Positions 20,452 to 30,328 of a stretch of DNA of 64,000 nt are shown in pieces. Positions within the stretch are counted from its first letter, which is position 1; every line of letters starts with the position of its first letter. Below the pieces are notes generated by a model, which was not told the origin of the DNA, did not search any database, and was given only the letters and a program-made list of their open reading frames with translations. Source of the stretch: a virus; the UHGV virus genome UHGV-1367859; one strand, 5' to 3'. The translations under genes were made by a program, and so were the position numbers.

Positions 20452-21479
20452 TTACTTAACCATTCAGTTAATGAATTACATTTCTCTAGCTTTATGCCTA
20501 TGGGAACTGATAAACTTAATGTAAGATAGGTGTGAAGTTCTCTCCCTATATCTTCAGGGTCTTCAAATACTATATCATTAAATGAAATTGTTCCCTTCTG
20601 TTGGGTAAATTCACAATTCCAAATCAATGGGGTGAGGGTTCTCCTGTTAGCTACAATGAACCTGTAATCACATAATTGAAAATCCTTAAAATAAGGGTCT
20701 CTATCAAGGTTATATCTAATGATTCTCCAATAGAGCCTTGCTTGAATATCATACCTCCAATCTACAAATGATTTGTAGAAGTCCCATTCAGGCTTTCCAC
20801 TTGTTTTCAAATCAACAGGGATAATCACTTTCCTATCATAGTCTACTATCAGAAGGTCTGCCATGCACCTATATTCAATGCCATTAAGAGTGGCTTTGAA
20901 CTTAAGCTGATAGAGCCTTTCAATGTTCTCAAAGGGATTTTTAGGAGCAAAGTACCATCCAGTAACAGGACTGTTCTTGAGTGCCTCCACTGTTCTTCTT
21001 ATATCAAAGTTAGTGGTAGTATCAATAATAGTCTTGTCTTTGCTCAAGTACAGTAGTCTGTAATAAGCAGAACCTTTCTCCTTAATCACTTTAGCTCTTG
21101 TCTCTGGCTTCCAGTTGTTCTGATAGTTGAACTGAGAAGCTACTTCTATGACCTCCTTATCAGGAATGTTTTCAAGTATCCTGTAATTATGGTGATAGTT
21201 CTCGAATAGGCACTTTACTATAGTGATAATAGAGTCAGGAACAGGAGGAAACTCTGCTACCATGAACCTGCTCTCAAACTCCTCTTCTCCACCTGTAATA
21301 ATGCTATCTACAGCAGAACCAAATGTAAGAGAAGGAGTGTCTATTCTGTCAAAGAGATGTTCAAGTTCATTGAAACCTGTTCTCTTAAACTTTGACAAGG
21401 TAGAGTAAGATATTGCAGGGTCTGCTCTATACACATCCTCTGGAACATTCCAGCTTATTTCTTTCAATGATTTAATCAT
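20448..21479 (-). CDS. PD-(D/E)xK superfamily nuclease (RecB/YqaJ-like), start probably MIKSLKEISW
   Basis: CMADLLIVDYDRKVIIPVDLKTSGK matches the D...(D/E)xK core. The ORF-track N-terminal extension overlaps the neighbour. Confidence 0.45.
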   Translation of the reverse strand: MIKSLKEISWNVPEDVYRADPAISYSTLSKFKRTGFNELEHLFDRIDTPSLTFGSAVDSIITGGEEEFESRFMVAEFPPVPDSIITIVKCLFENYHHNYRILENIPDKEVIEVASQFNYQNNWKPETRAKVIKEKGSAYYRLLYLSKDKTIIDTTTNFDIRRTVEALKNSPVTGWYFAPKNPFENIERLYQLKFKATLNGIEYRCMADLLIVDYDRKVIIPVDLKTSGKPEWDFYKSFVDWRYDIQARLYWRIIRYNLDRDPYFKDFQLCDYRFIVANRRTLTPLIWNCEFTQQKGTISFNDIVFEDPEDIGRELHTYLTLSLSVPIGIKLEKCNSLTEWLSK

Positions 21480-21759
21480 ACATCCAGCTGTCATCATCAG
21501 AATTGTCAGGCACTTCAAGGAATGACATATACTCATCTATAGCTCCCCTAAGTTCCAGCAATTCTTCAAGGTTAATATTAGCAAACTTCTCTTTAGGATG
21601 TTCAAGAAGCTCATTCTGCTGAACCATGTATATATCTGATTCAACTATCTCAAGCAACTTGTCAAACTCTCGGCTTGCAATATATTTCTCAGCAAATTTG
21701 ATGTCCCTTTCAGGTAAACTCTTTGAGAGTCTTCTGATTTTGTCCAGTGGCTGTTCCAT
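21472..21759 (-). CDS. small acidic hypothetical protein
   Basis: ORF track. Very acidic C-terminus (PDNSDDDSWMYD). Confidence 0.4.
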   Translation of the reverse strand: MEQPLDKIRRLSKSLPERDIKFAEKYIASREFDKLLEIVESDIYMVQQNELLEHPKEKFANINLEELLELRGAIDEYMSFLEVPDNSDDDSWMYD

Positions 21760-22240
21760 AAGATTTGATTATGTTTATTACTTCAAGTAATTCTCTCTTG
21801 GTATGAACTTCAAAGTACACACAAGGCATCTCCATAGATTCAAGAAACCTTCTGAAAAGCTTCTTCTTAAGAGGGAAGGTATCATTCTCTATACCCTTTG
21901 CTTCTATGATGAATAAAGTACCATTATAGAGAATGGTAAAGTCAGGGGTATAGGTAATATCCCTGACTTTATTCATATCCATCTTGAACACCTTTGACTT
22001 ACTTCTGTTGTAGAATGGTACTGTGGGCTTAAATCCCTCAACCAGTACAAACTTAGCAAGTTCATAGTCAGGTTCTAGACCTGCTGACACAAGTGTTCTG
22101 TAGAAACTTTCCTCTAGTTTGGACTTAAAAGTTATACCATTGAAGACTGACTCTCTAGCATTTCTAATCTTCTTATTTTCTGCCACTTTTGAACATCTCC
22201 TTAAGTTCACTTCTGAGAATCCTACAGGCAGTCTTTGCAT
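21710..22240 (-). CDS. PD-(D/E)xK endonuclease (start near MQRLPVGF; first ~97 codons of the ORF-track call are out-of-frame overlap)
   Basis: YTPDFTILYNGTLFIIEAKG is a classic PD...(E)xK motif. Confidence 0.5.
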   Translation of the reverse strand: MQRLPVGFSEVNLRRCSKVAENKKIRNARESVFNGITFKSKLEESFYRTLVSAGLEPDYELAKFVLVEGFKPTVPFYNRSKSKVFKMDMNKVRDITYTPDFTILYNGTLFIIEAKGIENDTFPLKKKLFRRFLESMEMPCVYFEVHTKRELLEVINIIKSYGTATGQNQKTLKEFT

Positions 22241-22667
22241 CTTCCTTAGTCCTGAAAGCTGCAAAGTTCCTGAAGTTCTTGATGTAGGCTCTAGGTACTT
22301 TGTGAATCCTGCCATCCATCGAAGAAATAATGTAGAGTTCCTTACAGTTGTTGATGTGGTCCTCATACTTCTTGTCAAGCTCAATGGCCACCTCTCTGAG
22401 GAGCATAGAGAATGCAAGAGCAGGATTGATGTTGTAGAGGTTGGAGAGATAACCTGCCATTTTTTCAGGTTTCCATCCTGCTTTCTGTGCGAGGCTTGCA
22501 ATGTAGTAGCCCACACACACAGGGACAGCACTCTCTATGGCTGCAAGAATTTCGTCCTTAGTTGAGTCAATCACTTCAACAATCTCTTTGGGAAGGTGCT
22601 CCCTTACTGCATCAAAGGGAACAGGGCCAAAAGAAGTCATCACCATCAGTTGTTTCTTTTCTTTCAT
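22173..22667 (-). CDS. hypothetical protein
   Basis: ORF track, TAA stop. Confidence 0.5.
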   Translation of the reverse strand: MKEKKQLMVMTSFGPVPFDAVREHLPKEIVEVIDSTKDEILAAIESAVPVCVGYYIASLAQKAGWKPEKMAGYLSNLYNINPALAFSMLLREVAIELDKKYEDHINNCKELYIISSMDGRIHKVPRAYIKNFRNFAAFRTKEDAKTACRILRSELKEMFKSGRK

Positions 22668-23355
22668 TGTCGTTTGTATTTATGTTATTTAATTCATGAT
22701 ACCACTCAATAGTAGTACCATATTTACCTTTTAAGAGTTTATTTATATCAGTAAAGACACTGTATGGCATAATCTGACCAGTCCTTGCAAAGTATGCAGG
22801 ATGCTCTACTTCAATTATGTCATTATAGTTCTTATTGATATAAGGTTTGAAAGTCTTTGCTTGAGAACCAAACAGAACATAAATTATTCCTGTCTCATGC
22901 TCTGAAAGGTTCTTTAGCAGTTTAGAGATGAAGGGCCTCCATAAGTTAACATGAGAGTTTACCTTTCCTACTTCACAAGTTAGAGCTGAATTTATCATAA
23001 GAATACCCTGCTTGGCCCATGATTCAAGAGTTATATCAAACTCTATAGGGCCATGAGGTATCTCATAATTTACACAACCCTCCTTGATAATTTCTAGTGA
23101 AGGAGAAAGTTCCTTTGTTCCAGGTTTATTACCAAATAATACACCTGTTGCAACACCTTTCTGAGGATAGGGGTCTTGACCTAGGAAGACTACCTTACAG
23201 TCATCATACCTGCACAGTTCAAATGCCTTGAATATATTTGGGTATTCAGGGCATAACCTGTCAGGATTTACACTCCTGAGTGTATTGAGAACCTTTGTCA
23301 TCTCATTCATATCAATGACTCTCATCCATCTTCCAAAGTATTCCTCTGCTGTCAT
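22612..23355 (-). CDS. ung: uracil-DNA glycosylase (family 1)
   Basis: Water-activating motif FLGQDPYPQKG (GQDPYH) and C-terminal EHPAYFARTG (HPSPLS-like). Confidence 0.8.
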   Translation of the reverse strand: MTAEEYFGRWMRVIDMNEMTKVLNTLRSVNPDRLCPEYPNIFKAFELCRYDDCKVVFLGQDPYPQKGVATGVLFGNKPGTKELSPSLEIIKEGCVNYEIPHGPIEFDITLESWAKQGILMINSALTCEVGKVNSHVNLWRPFISKLLKNLSEHETGIIYVLFGSQAKTFKPYINKNYNDIIEVEHPAYFARTGQIMPYSVFTDINKLLKGKYGTTIEWYHELNNINTNDNERKETTDGDDFFWPCSL

Positions 23356-24110
23356 ATTAAGTCATTTACATGCTCTTCAAGAAAGCCCCATATAGCATCA
23401 TCAAGATGTTCTATGAACCTAGGTGCTTTAGGAGTAACAAAGAAGTCATTCAAGCAACATATTGTCACAGGGATACACTGAAAGCTCTCAGAGTTGAAAG
23501 TGACACAGTGGCTTCTCCTAAAAAGGACTGGAACATCTGCGCCTCTAGTGCTTATAAAGGGAACAACTTTCTTTATGATAGCCTTTGACAGAATATCCTT
23601 ATTCTCAATGACATCAGGAGAAACATGGCATACAGGCTTTACAATCCGTATAACTTTGTTAATCCTATCAATGTTAATGATGTACCCACAGAGCATAAGA
23701 GGATTCCAGTTCTCATCAAAGATAAGCCCTTGTCCCCCATAATAGTCAAGACCTTTTGAAGTAATAATATTACTAAGCCTCAGGTCCTCAGGGCAGTTGT
23801 TAATAGATTGTATGATAGAGTCTGCTGTTTTTCTCACCCCCTTTCCACCTACGAAGAGAGGATAGGAGAGCTTTATTGGCCGTGTAGGAGATACTGAATC
23901 AAGCCAGTGTTTTATAAAGCTTATGGTATTTGAAATACCTAGCACAGGCACAAAGCATTCTCCAGAACAAGGAACAATTACCTCAAGAAATCTAGAGAAC
24001 CTTCCATTATTCTCATAGCTGGGAGGGGGACTGACAGTGTCGTACCACCTATCAGAGGGTCCAAAAGTGTCACTTCTCAGACTGTTACTAAGTGCATAAG
24101 AGATTGTCAT
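23352..24110 (-). CDS. hypothetical protein (Cys-containing)
   Basis: ORF track. Immediately downstream (3') of the E1-like gene. Confidence 0.5.
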   Translation of the reverse strand: MTISYALSNSLRSDTFGPSDRWYDTVSPPPSYENNGRFSRFLEVIVPCSGECFVPVLGISNTISFIKHWLDSVSPTRPIKLSYPLFVGGKGVRKTADSIIQSINNCPEDLRLSNIITSKGLDYYGGQGLIFDENWNPLMLCGYIINIDRINKVIRIVKPVCHVSPDVIENKDILSKAIIKKVVPFISTRGADVPVLFRRSHCVTFNSESFQCIPVTICCLNDFFVTPKAPRFIEHLDDAIWGFLEEHVNDLI

Positions 24111-24946
24111 ACCATTTCAGTTTTGAAGTACATCCTTTCTGCATCATAGTTGGTGTAGAAAGGAAGTTCTCTCTCAATGAGAGGTTCACATTTGTTTGCT
24201 ATGAAATTGACAAAGAGATTTATCATAACAGATGCAATCATATTGGCGCAAAAGCTTGTCTGTTTGTAAGAACACAGTGTTGCTTCTGCCTCACCATCTT
24301 GGAACAGCCACTCTTCCTCATATTTATCCATAAGGAAGTTGTCAGTACCTTTGATGCAAAATACTTGGAACTCCTCTGCTGCAAGCCTGCCATCAATAAA
24401 GAGGCAATTACCTCTTTCTGCTTCAGGTTTGCCCGTAACATAGTCTCTCCATCCCTTGTAGAATGTCTCTCTTGCTGACATATTGTCAAAGCCACATATC
24501 ATAATATCAGTAGCAGGAGAGCCACATGTAAACCTTTCATTATTGCTTATAATATTATAATAGTTGGAATAGTCCCTAAGCATCTGACATACTGTGATTG
24601 TCTTGAAGCGTCCTATGTCTCTTCTGGAGAACATCTGTCCTGACAGGTTGGTTTCATCTACAGTGTCATCATCATAGATAATTATCTGGCTTACCTTAAG
24701 TCTACCAAGAAGGAAGGCAACATAGCTGCCAATACCTCCAAGTCCAGCAAGAGTTACTATCTGCTTTCCTATTTCTTTAAACCATATGGCAGAACTGAAT
24801 CTCGAAGAAGATTCATCTATTAGGAGTGATTCTGAATTAGGAGGCAGAATCTGCCTGTTATCCTCATGTGCCTGTGCCAAAGTTGCTTCAAGAAGTGCAA
24901 CCTCTGCTTCAGATAATCCTAAGGTATTTGTTGTTATAACATCCAT
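24107..24946 (-). CDS. E1-like ThiF/MoeB-family adenylyltransferase
   Basis: Rossmann nucleotide-binding signature IVTLAGLGGIGSYVAFLLGRLKVSQIIIYDDDTVDETNLSGQMF (GxGxxG ... D.D.V..SNL.RQ). Confidence 0.8.
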   Translation of the reverse strand: MDVITTNTLGLSEAEVALLEATLAQAHEDNRQILPPNSESLLIDESSSRFSSAIWFKEIGKQIVTLAGLGGIGSYVAFLLGRLKVSQIIIYDDDTVDETNLSGQMFSRRDIGRFKTITVCQMLRDYSNYYNIISNNERFTCGSPATDIMICGFDNMSARETFYKGWRDYVTGKPEAERGNCLFIDGRLAAEEFQVFCIKGTDNFLMDKYEEEWLFQDGEAEATLCSYKQTSFCANMIASVMINLFVNFIANKCEPLIERELPFYTNYDAERMYFKTEMV

Positions 24947-26100
24947 GTAATTAATGCGTCTTGAATTGCTTTAATATATTTATTCTTGGGTAACTTATCA
25001 AGAGTCATATAGACTGCTTGACACAGTTCTGATATATACTCCTCTTCAAAGTGAGCATATTCATCTGGTACAAAGTTAGTTAAGACAAACTCTGCCATAG
25101 TTTCAGCCCATAATGCAAAGAGAGATTCATCTTTATCAAATCTCTTGTCAAACAGACCCACCATCTGACCTGACCATTTCACAGGGTCAATTCTACTTGC
25201 ATCAGCAATAGCTATTGAACCTGTGATAAGTTGTAGTGTGGTAGCTCTCACTACAGGTGCTGGGATAGTAATATCTATCTCATTAGGGTCAGCAGAAACT
25301 ACTCTTGGTGGTTCACTTTCCATGAACTCTTCATCAAAGAGTGTACTCTGTTGTACAGGCTTGACTTCTTTAGCTTTGGGATATGTGGGAGGAGTGAAAG
25401 GAAGGCTACTATGATAAGGAGTAGTTGACAATGGAGCTTTTGTAGGAGCTGCTGTAGCCTTATTCTTCTTGATTGCCTCCAGCCTTTCATCAATTTCAAG
25501 AAAGGGTTCAGTTACCTCACCCTCCTTGATGATATTGAGGTAATTATATGCAATCACCTCTTCCTCTACTTCCACAGTTCTAGTGCCTGTCTTCTCAACA
25601 TCTTCAAAGGTCTTATAAGTATAAGTAGAGTTTATTACCTTCTTGGTTGTGAGTTTCCTTGTAATAGCAGCAGTATAGGTTCCTGCATTATTTACAATAA
25701 GGCTTACAAAATGGTTCCTATCATTTCCCTCCTCCCTTAAGGTGGCAGTATCTGTACCACTGAAGAAAGTAGCCATATTATTATGGCTATGTATAAGTCC
25801 CATCTGGCAATCTAACAGTTCAGGATGGCCAGTCATGTAAGCTATTACATCAGGAGACATGTCAAACTCTGTATATGCCTGTGAACCAATGTCCATTGGG
25901 AATATGTCCACACATCTTATCTCAAGAGTTCCCTCCTCGTATGAGCCACTATGCGTGTAGAACAGTGTACCAGACCACTCCACCTGTGAAACCCTATTGC
26001 AAAGGTGTCTTATTTTCTTCTCTACATCAGCAGGGATAACTAATTTATAAGTATCTGTGTGCTCTTCCAAAGAAATTATCTTCTTGGTTGGATTGTCCAT
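24934..26100 (-). CDS. JAB/MPN (JAMM) metallopeptidase-domain protein, deubiquitinase-like
   Basis: GLIHSHNNMATFFSGTD is an exact HxHx7Sx2D JAMM zinc-site motif. Conserved E upstream (SLEEH). Confidence 0.8.
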   Translation of the reverse strand: MDNPTKKIISLEEHTDTYKLVIPADVEKKIRHLCNRVSQVEWSGTLFYTHSGSYEEGTLEIRCVDIFPMDIGSQAYTEFDMSPDVIAYMTGHPELLDCQMGLIHSHNNMATFFSGTDTATLREEGNDRNHFVSLIVNNAGTYTAAITRKLTTKKVINSTYTYKTFEDVEKTGTRTVEVEEEVIAYNYLNIIKEGEVTEPFLEIDERLEAIKKNKATAAPTKAPLSTTPYHSSLPFTPPTYPKAKEVKPVQQSTLFDEEFMESEPPRVVSADPNEIDITIPAPVVRATTLQLITGSIAIADASRIDPVKWSGQMVGLFDKRFDKDESLFALWAETMAEFVLTNFVPDEYAHFEEEYISELCQAVYMTLDKLPKNKYIKAIQDALITWML

Positions 26101-27160
26101 ACTTGTTATTTATTGTTCTTAAAATTCTATCAATTATAATCCTTACTATAATATCTGATAGGAAGATAGACATATTAGGGTCATCTTCCGCAACTGAATC
26201 CTCAGTAATGTTGAGAGTTATAGTTTTGTCCTTGAACCTCAGCATATCTCTCCCTATCATATCTCTATAGTTGGTAACTGCATTTGGGTCACTATCATAG
26301 ACATAGTACAATTTATTACCAATAAGTTTACCTTTACACAAGATACCTGCGAAAAATAGGTCTTCTATTGGGGTCTGTTGTGAAGCAGGTAGGGAGTTGT
26401 AAAATTCAATGAATAGGTTGCTCAAAGTAATAAAGAGGTCTCTTTCAGACATTGCAATGCCATAGCTCCCATTGAAAAAGTTAAACCCAAAGGGTTTCTT
26501 ACTAAGTATTGCAGGAATGAAAGCTGCTATACTCTGCCTTATATGTTCATTAAGGTCTATATCAACTGGAGCAGGTTCAAGTGGAAATGTAATTTCCTCA
26601 GTAGCTCTCCTGTCAGTTCCTATAGTTTCGAGACGTATATAAGGACCTCCTGTGAGAGATTCCACAGTGACATACTTTGATAGTTCAAGGCAGAATAAGT
26701 TCCACATCTCCTCAGAGAACTCTATAGACAAAGAGGAAATAGTACCCCTTATAGGCCCATCACCAAGACAGGGGCTACCCCAAGAAAGTTCAGTGGTTTT
26801 AATGCTTGGTAGATGAGAATGACTGTAACCACTTGCAAACTGAGTTGCTGTAAACTCAGACCTCATCATCTGAAATGTGCCATCTATAGTTCCATTAAGA
26901 GACACTTGGACCTTTACCCACAAATGAGTTATATCAACACTTCGGTTGTTTTCATTAGTCACTGTGACCTTGGGAAAATGAACTATGATAATCTGTCCTT
27001 GTAAGTCCACATTTTCTTCACCAAAGAAATCAACAAAGATGCTGTGGACTATTGATATAGGGTCATGTTCTGTCATATAAAATGCAAAAAAAAATGGGGA
27101 AGAAAGGTATTGCTCCTCTCTTCCCCATGGGTTATTGCCTATAGGCTGTGCTATCAGCAC
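26045..27160 (-). CDS. putative E2-like (UBC-fold) protein with extra C-terminal domain
   Basis: HSHLPSIKTTELSWGSPCLGDG parallels the E2 HPN-x-G-x-I-C-L catalytic loop with a candidate catalytic Cys. Preceding beta-rich segment. Motif-level inference only. Confidence 0.4.
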   Translation of the reverse strand: MLIAQPIGNNPWGREEQYLSSPFFFAFYMTEHDPISIVHSIFVDFFGEENVDLQGQIIIVHFPKVTVTNENNRSVDITHLWVKVQVSLNGTIDGTFQMMRSEFTATQFASGYSHSHLPSIKTTELSWGSPCLGDGPIRGTISSLSIEFSEEMWNLFCLELSKYVTVESLTGGPYIRLETIGTDRRATEEITFPLEPAPVDIDLNEHIRQSIAAFIPAILSKKPFGFNFFNGSYGIAMSERDLFITLSNLFIEFYNSLPASQQTPIEDLFFAGILCKGKLIGNKLYYVYDSDPNAVTNYRDMIGRDMLRFKDKTITLNITEDSVAEDDPNMSIFLSDIIVRIIIDRILRTINNKYGQSNQEDNFFGRAHRYL

Positions 27161-27918
27161 ATACCTCTGAACATGGCATCAATCTCATTGTCACTGTAGG
27201 GAGAGGCAGAATCAGGCTTGTAGCTGTCAGTTACTGTGGGTGCAACAGCACTACCACCAAGGATATTGAGAACCTCATCTCTGGTATCCTCCTCAATAGT
27301 GCCTTCTTCACAGAGAACCTTTGTGAGTTCAGTGATGGCAGCTCTTACCTGTACATCAACACATTTTGCTACAGGTGCAGGAGCAGAGGGAGTAGCAGGA
27401 GTAGTAGCTACAGTCTCAACTTTTGTAGGTGCAGGCTGCTCCTTTACAGGGGCAGTAGCAGCTTTCTTGCCCTTCTTCTGAATGAGAAGGATAAGGTCAT
27501 TGGTAGAGCACTGTGTAAAGTTTTTGCCATACATAGCTACACAGGCACCCTGAAGACCCTGAGCCTTGATAGTATTGTAAGCCTCAGTTCTAGTCATAGC
27601 ACCTGACCTGATTTTCTTGTTGGTATTGGTGAGCATAAACACCAGTTCATTGGTGTTTATGGTTTCACCTGTAGTTCTGTTGGTGTAAGGTACATCCCTA
27701 GGAAGAACAGACTCATCTGTCTTGAGTTCAGTCTTCGAGGTGCCTTCAAAGAAGGTCATGCCATTGTAGTCAATACCTGCCTCATTGAGGTCTTTCTTCA
27801 GTTCGCCAAGTGTCTCGGCACCTGACATGATTACACTCTTTTTCTGAGTTTTCGTAGAAACAACTGTAATTTTTCTTGCTTCCATGTTTTCATTATTTTT
27901 TTTTTGGTTGTTAATCAA
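27154..27918 (-). CDS. hypothetical two-domain protein; N-terminal beta-grasp-like segment, P/T/A-rich linker, C-terminal ILGG
   Basis: ORF track. KITVVSTKTQKKSVIMSGAETLGELKKDLNEAGIDYNGMTFFEG aligns loosely to a ubiquitin/ThiS-like beta-grasp. Confidence 0.35.
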   Translation of the reverse strand: MINNQKKNNENMEARKITVVSTKTQKKSVIMSGAETLGELKKDLNEAGIDYNGMTFFEGTSKTELKTDESVLPRDVPYTNRTTGETINTNELVFMLTNTNKKIRSGAMTRTEAYNTIKAQGLQGACVAMYGKNFTQCSTNDLILLIQKKGKKAATAPVKEQPAPTKVETVATTPATPSAPAPVAKCVDVQVRAAITELTKVLCEEGTIEEDTRDEVLNILGGSAVAPTVTDSYKPDSASPYSDNEIDAMFRGMC

Positions 27919-28903
27919 ATAGACCTATCATAATCTTTTGGAATTGTTCTTTGTCCTGGAGGGAAAGATAGAGGTCTGACACATCTTTTGCACCATTGAT
28001 GTTAGGTAGTACTATGTTAGTGAACCCAGTTTTTGAAGCTAATATTTCAGCATCTTTCAGTCCTGCCTCATCATTATCAAGTAAGATATAGACATTCTTG
28101 AATCTGCGTTTCAATTCACTAACAGCAGTATCACTGATAGTATATCCTTCACCTTGTATTGCCAAAGCAGGAATCCCTGTATTGGACCATAGACATAGTG
28201 CATCTTTTAGAGAAGAGCATATACATACTCTATCCCCTGTAGGTGGCACTTTTGTCCACAGACTTATTACAGACCTATCATGTTTGTTGCTCCATTTGAA
28301 TCCCTGCTTGTTGTATGGCTGGTAAATCTTCAAGGTGGTCTTTCCATCCTTGAACTCTGCATAAGCATAAGCATACTTATCAGCTCCAAAGACATATCTT
28401 TGACCATTCTTGATTATTATCTTGTGAGATATAGGATGTACATTAGCATACTTAAGCCACTCTAATGATATACCATAAGACTCCCAATATTCAATATCAT
28501 GCTTCCTCCACTCTCTAACTTTGCACTCCATTATAACATCATTATTTCCTACATTGATGCGAGGTGCCATTGGCAAATGCCCTGTGGAGTCTATCTTAAC
28601 ACTTCCATTGAATTTATTGAAGTCCTTATATATTCTTGCAAGAGTCTCCTTAAAACTAGTGTTCCACATCTTTCCAAGCAGGTCGAATATACCTCCCCTC
28701 TCTCCAGAGGAGAAATCTATCCAAGTTATCCTGCTACCATTAGGAGAAAACAGTCCAAATGAGGGACTTCTGTCTAACCTCAATGGACTGTTTATCTTGC
28801 ATGGAATATTTGTTATACCCAAATAGTAGTGGGTTATTTCAGCTTCAGTTGTTACCTTATATATATCTTCCAAAGATACAGAGGATTCACCTGAGCTTAT
28901 CAT
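27911..28903 (-). CDS. DNA primase (TOPRIM domain)
   Basis: TOPRIM DxD motif VYILLDNDEAGLKDA and conserved E (AIQGEG). N-terminal Cys-containing region. Confidence 0.7.
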   Translation of the reverse strand: MISSGESSVSLEDIYKVTTEAEITHYYLGITNIPCKINSPLRLDRSPSFGLFSPNGSRITWIDFSSGERGGIFDLLGKMWNTSFKETLARIYKDFNKFNGSVKIDSTGHLPMAPRINVGNNDVIMECKVREWRKHDIEYWESYGISLEWLKYANVHPISHKIIIKNGQRYVFGADKYAYAYAEFKDGKTTLKIYQPYNKQGFKWSNKHDRSVISLWTKVPPTGDRVCICSSLKDALCLWSNTGIPALAIQGEGYTISDTAVSELKRRFKNVYILLDNDEAGLKDAEILASKTGFTNIVLPNINGAKDVSDLYLSLQDKEQFQKIMIGLFD

Positions 28904-28906
28904 ACT

Positions 28907-29845
28907 TTACTTGTTATCCCAGGGATTTGAAGCAGCAGGAGCTGAAGATGCGAAGGGGTCATCAGCTGTATTGTCTGTGATGGTGGTACTCTTTACAGAA
29001 TACTCATGGAAGTCTACTGTTTCAAACTCAGTAGTGGCATAAGCACCATTGTTCTTCCTTTCCTGTACATTTGCATCCAGCTTGCTATAGTCAGTAATGT
29101 TGTTCTTCAGGAACATCTGAGTGAAAGCAGCCTGATACTGCCTGCCTTCATTATCAGTTCTGATACCAAACAGTATCTTGACTTTGTTGGTAGGCTGAAG
29201 GGAAAGAGCCTCTCTAAGCTCAGAGAAGTTGCCCTTGAAATAGTCTTCAATATGGTCAAGTCTGCACTCTGACTCCTCAGGATGCTCTACCATATACCAC
29301 TTCTTCTCTCCCTGATTATACCTCATCACAGAGGGGATATTGAGATAAGCAATAAGGAAGTTAGTAAGCTCTTCCTCACCTACATAAGCAGGTCTATAGT
29401 CCTTGTCAAGATTGGCAGGACCATTGCTGTACATAGGAATCTCGTGATTCTTGCACTCCTCGATGGTAACCCATGCAGTTCTGCCATACTTATCAATGAC
29501 CTGTACTTTAGTCTTGTCCTTGTTGTATTTGAACCTCTTCTGAAGGAAGAGAGCCACACTGATGGGCTTAAGTTCAACACCTACCTTTTCAGGGTCGGGA
29601 AGTGCAAGGAAGCTAAGCCTTACATTGGGATATTTCACTTTCGATTCACCCTCAGTGACTTCTACCTCACCTACATATTCAGGCTCTTTGTCCTGAGGAT
29701 TGCCATAAATCTCCTCAAGCTGAGCCTTAGTGGGGTTAAGACCTTTGATGAAGCAGGGAGCTACACCAATATACCTTTTGAAATCACCTTCTGTAGATTC
29801 CTTACCTTTGGCAATAGCCATAAAAAGAAAACCTTTGTTATTCAT
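28907..29845 (-). CDS. hypothetical protein, possible ssDNA-binding protein by position
   Basis: ORF track. Between primase and ATPase. No firm motif. Confidence 0.3.
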   Translation of the reverse strand: MNNKGFLFMAIAKGKESTEGDFKRYIGVAPCFIKGLNPTKAQLEEIYGNPQDKEPEYVGEVEVTEGESKVKYPNVRLSFLALPDPEKVGVELKPISVALFLQKRFKYNKDKTKVQVIDKYGRTAWVTIEECKNHEIPMYSNGPANLDKDYRPAYVGEEELTNFLIAYLNIPSVMRYNQGEKKWYMVEHPEESECRLDHIEDYFKGNFSELREALSLQPTNKVKILFGIRTDNEGRQYQAAFTQMFLKNNITDYSKLDANVQERKNNGAYATTEFETVDFHEYSVKSTTITDNTADDPFASSAPAASNPWDNK

Positions 29846-29875
29846 TGTAGTCTGTTATTAGTTTGTTTTTTTTTG

Positions 29876-30328
29876 TTATTCAAGTCCTTCAAGGGGGTTG
29901 AAGGTTGCATCAGCAGCAGTGGTCTCTACCTCACCATTAGGAGTGTCATCCACCTCTGAAGTAGGTTCCATAGGAACTTCCTCTACCTCTACAGGAGCAT
30001 GAAAAGTGAGCACCTGATTCTTGACCTGATACTTGCCCTCTTTGTCCATCTTAGGAGTACCATCCTCATTGAACTGAGGTTCATAGGTACAAGTAATAAG
30101 GTCTACAGACCTATAACCACCAGTCATTGCCATGATACCAGCCTCGCCACCATCAAGGATAGCTTGCTGAATAGCTCTCTCTTCCTGAAGTTTTGCAATC
30201 TTCAAGTCAATAGACTCAATCTTCTTCATTGCAGGAAGAGAGTTCTTAAACTGCCTCTTAATGGCAGCAATTTCTCTAGTTGATAATTCTCTCATGTTTT
30301 CTTTTGTTTTTTTAGTTATAATATTCAT
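29876..30328 (-). CDS. hypothetical protein
   Basis: ORF track. Confidence 0.45.
   Translation of the reverse strand: MNIITKKTKENMRELSTREIAAIKRQFKNSLPAMKKIESIDLKIAKLQEERAIQQAILDGGEAGIMAMTGGYRSVDLITCTYEPQFNEDGTPKMDKEGKYQVKNQVLTFHAPVEVEEVPMEPTSEVDDTPNGEVETTAADATFNPLEGLE

Noticed and set aside
21710-22531. Full 273-aa version of the PD-(D/E)xK ORF
   Set aside because: Its first ~97 codons overlap gene 22173..22667 in another frame and translate to Ser/Thr/Leu-rich nonsense. The nuclease core starts near 22240.
27154-27918. ILGG near the C-terminus of this ORF as a mature ubiquitin-like C-terminus
   Set aside because: The beta-grasp-like segment is N-terminal and ~140 residues away from the GG. 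Without structure prediction this is not evidence of a Ubl. Kept only as a hypothesis in the cassette finding.
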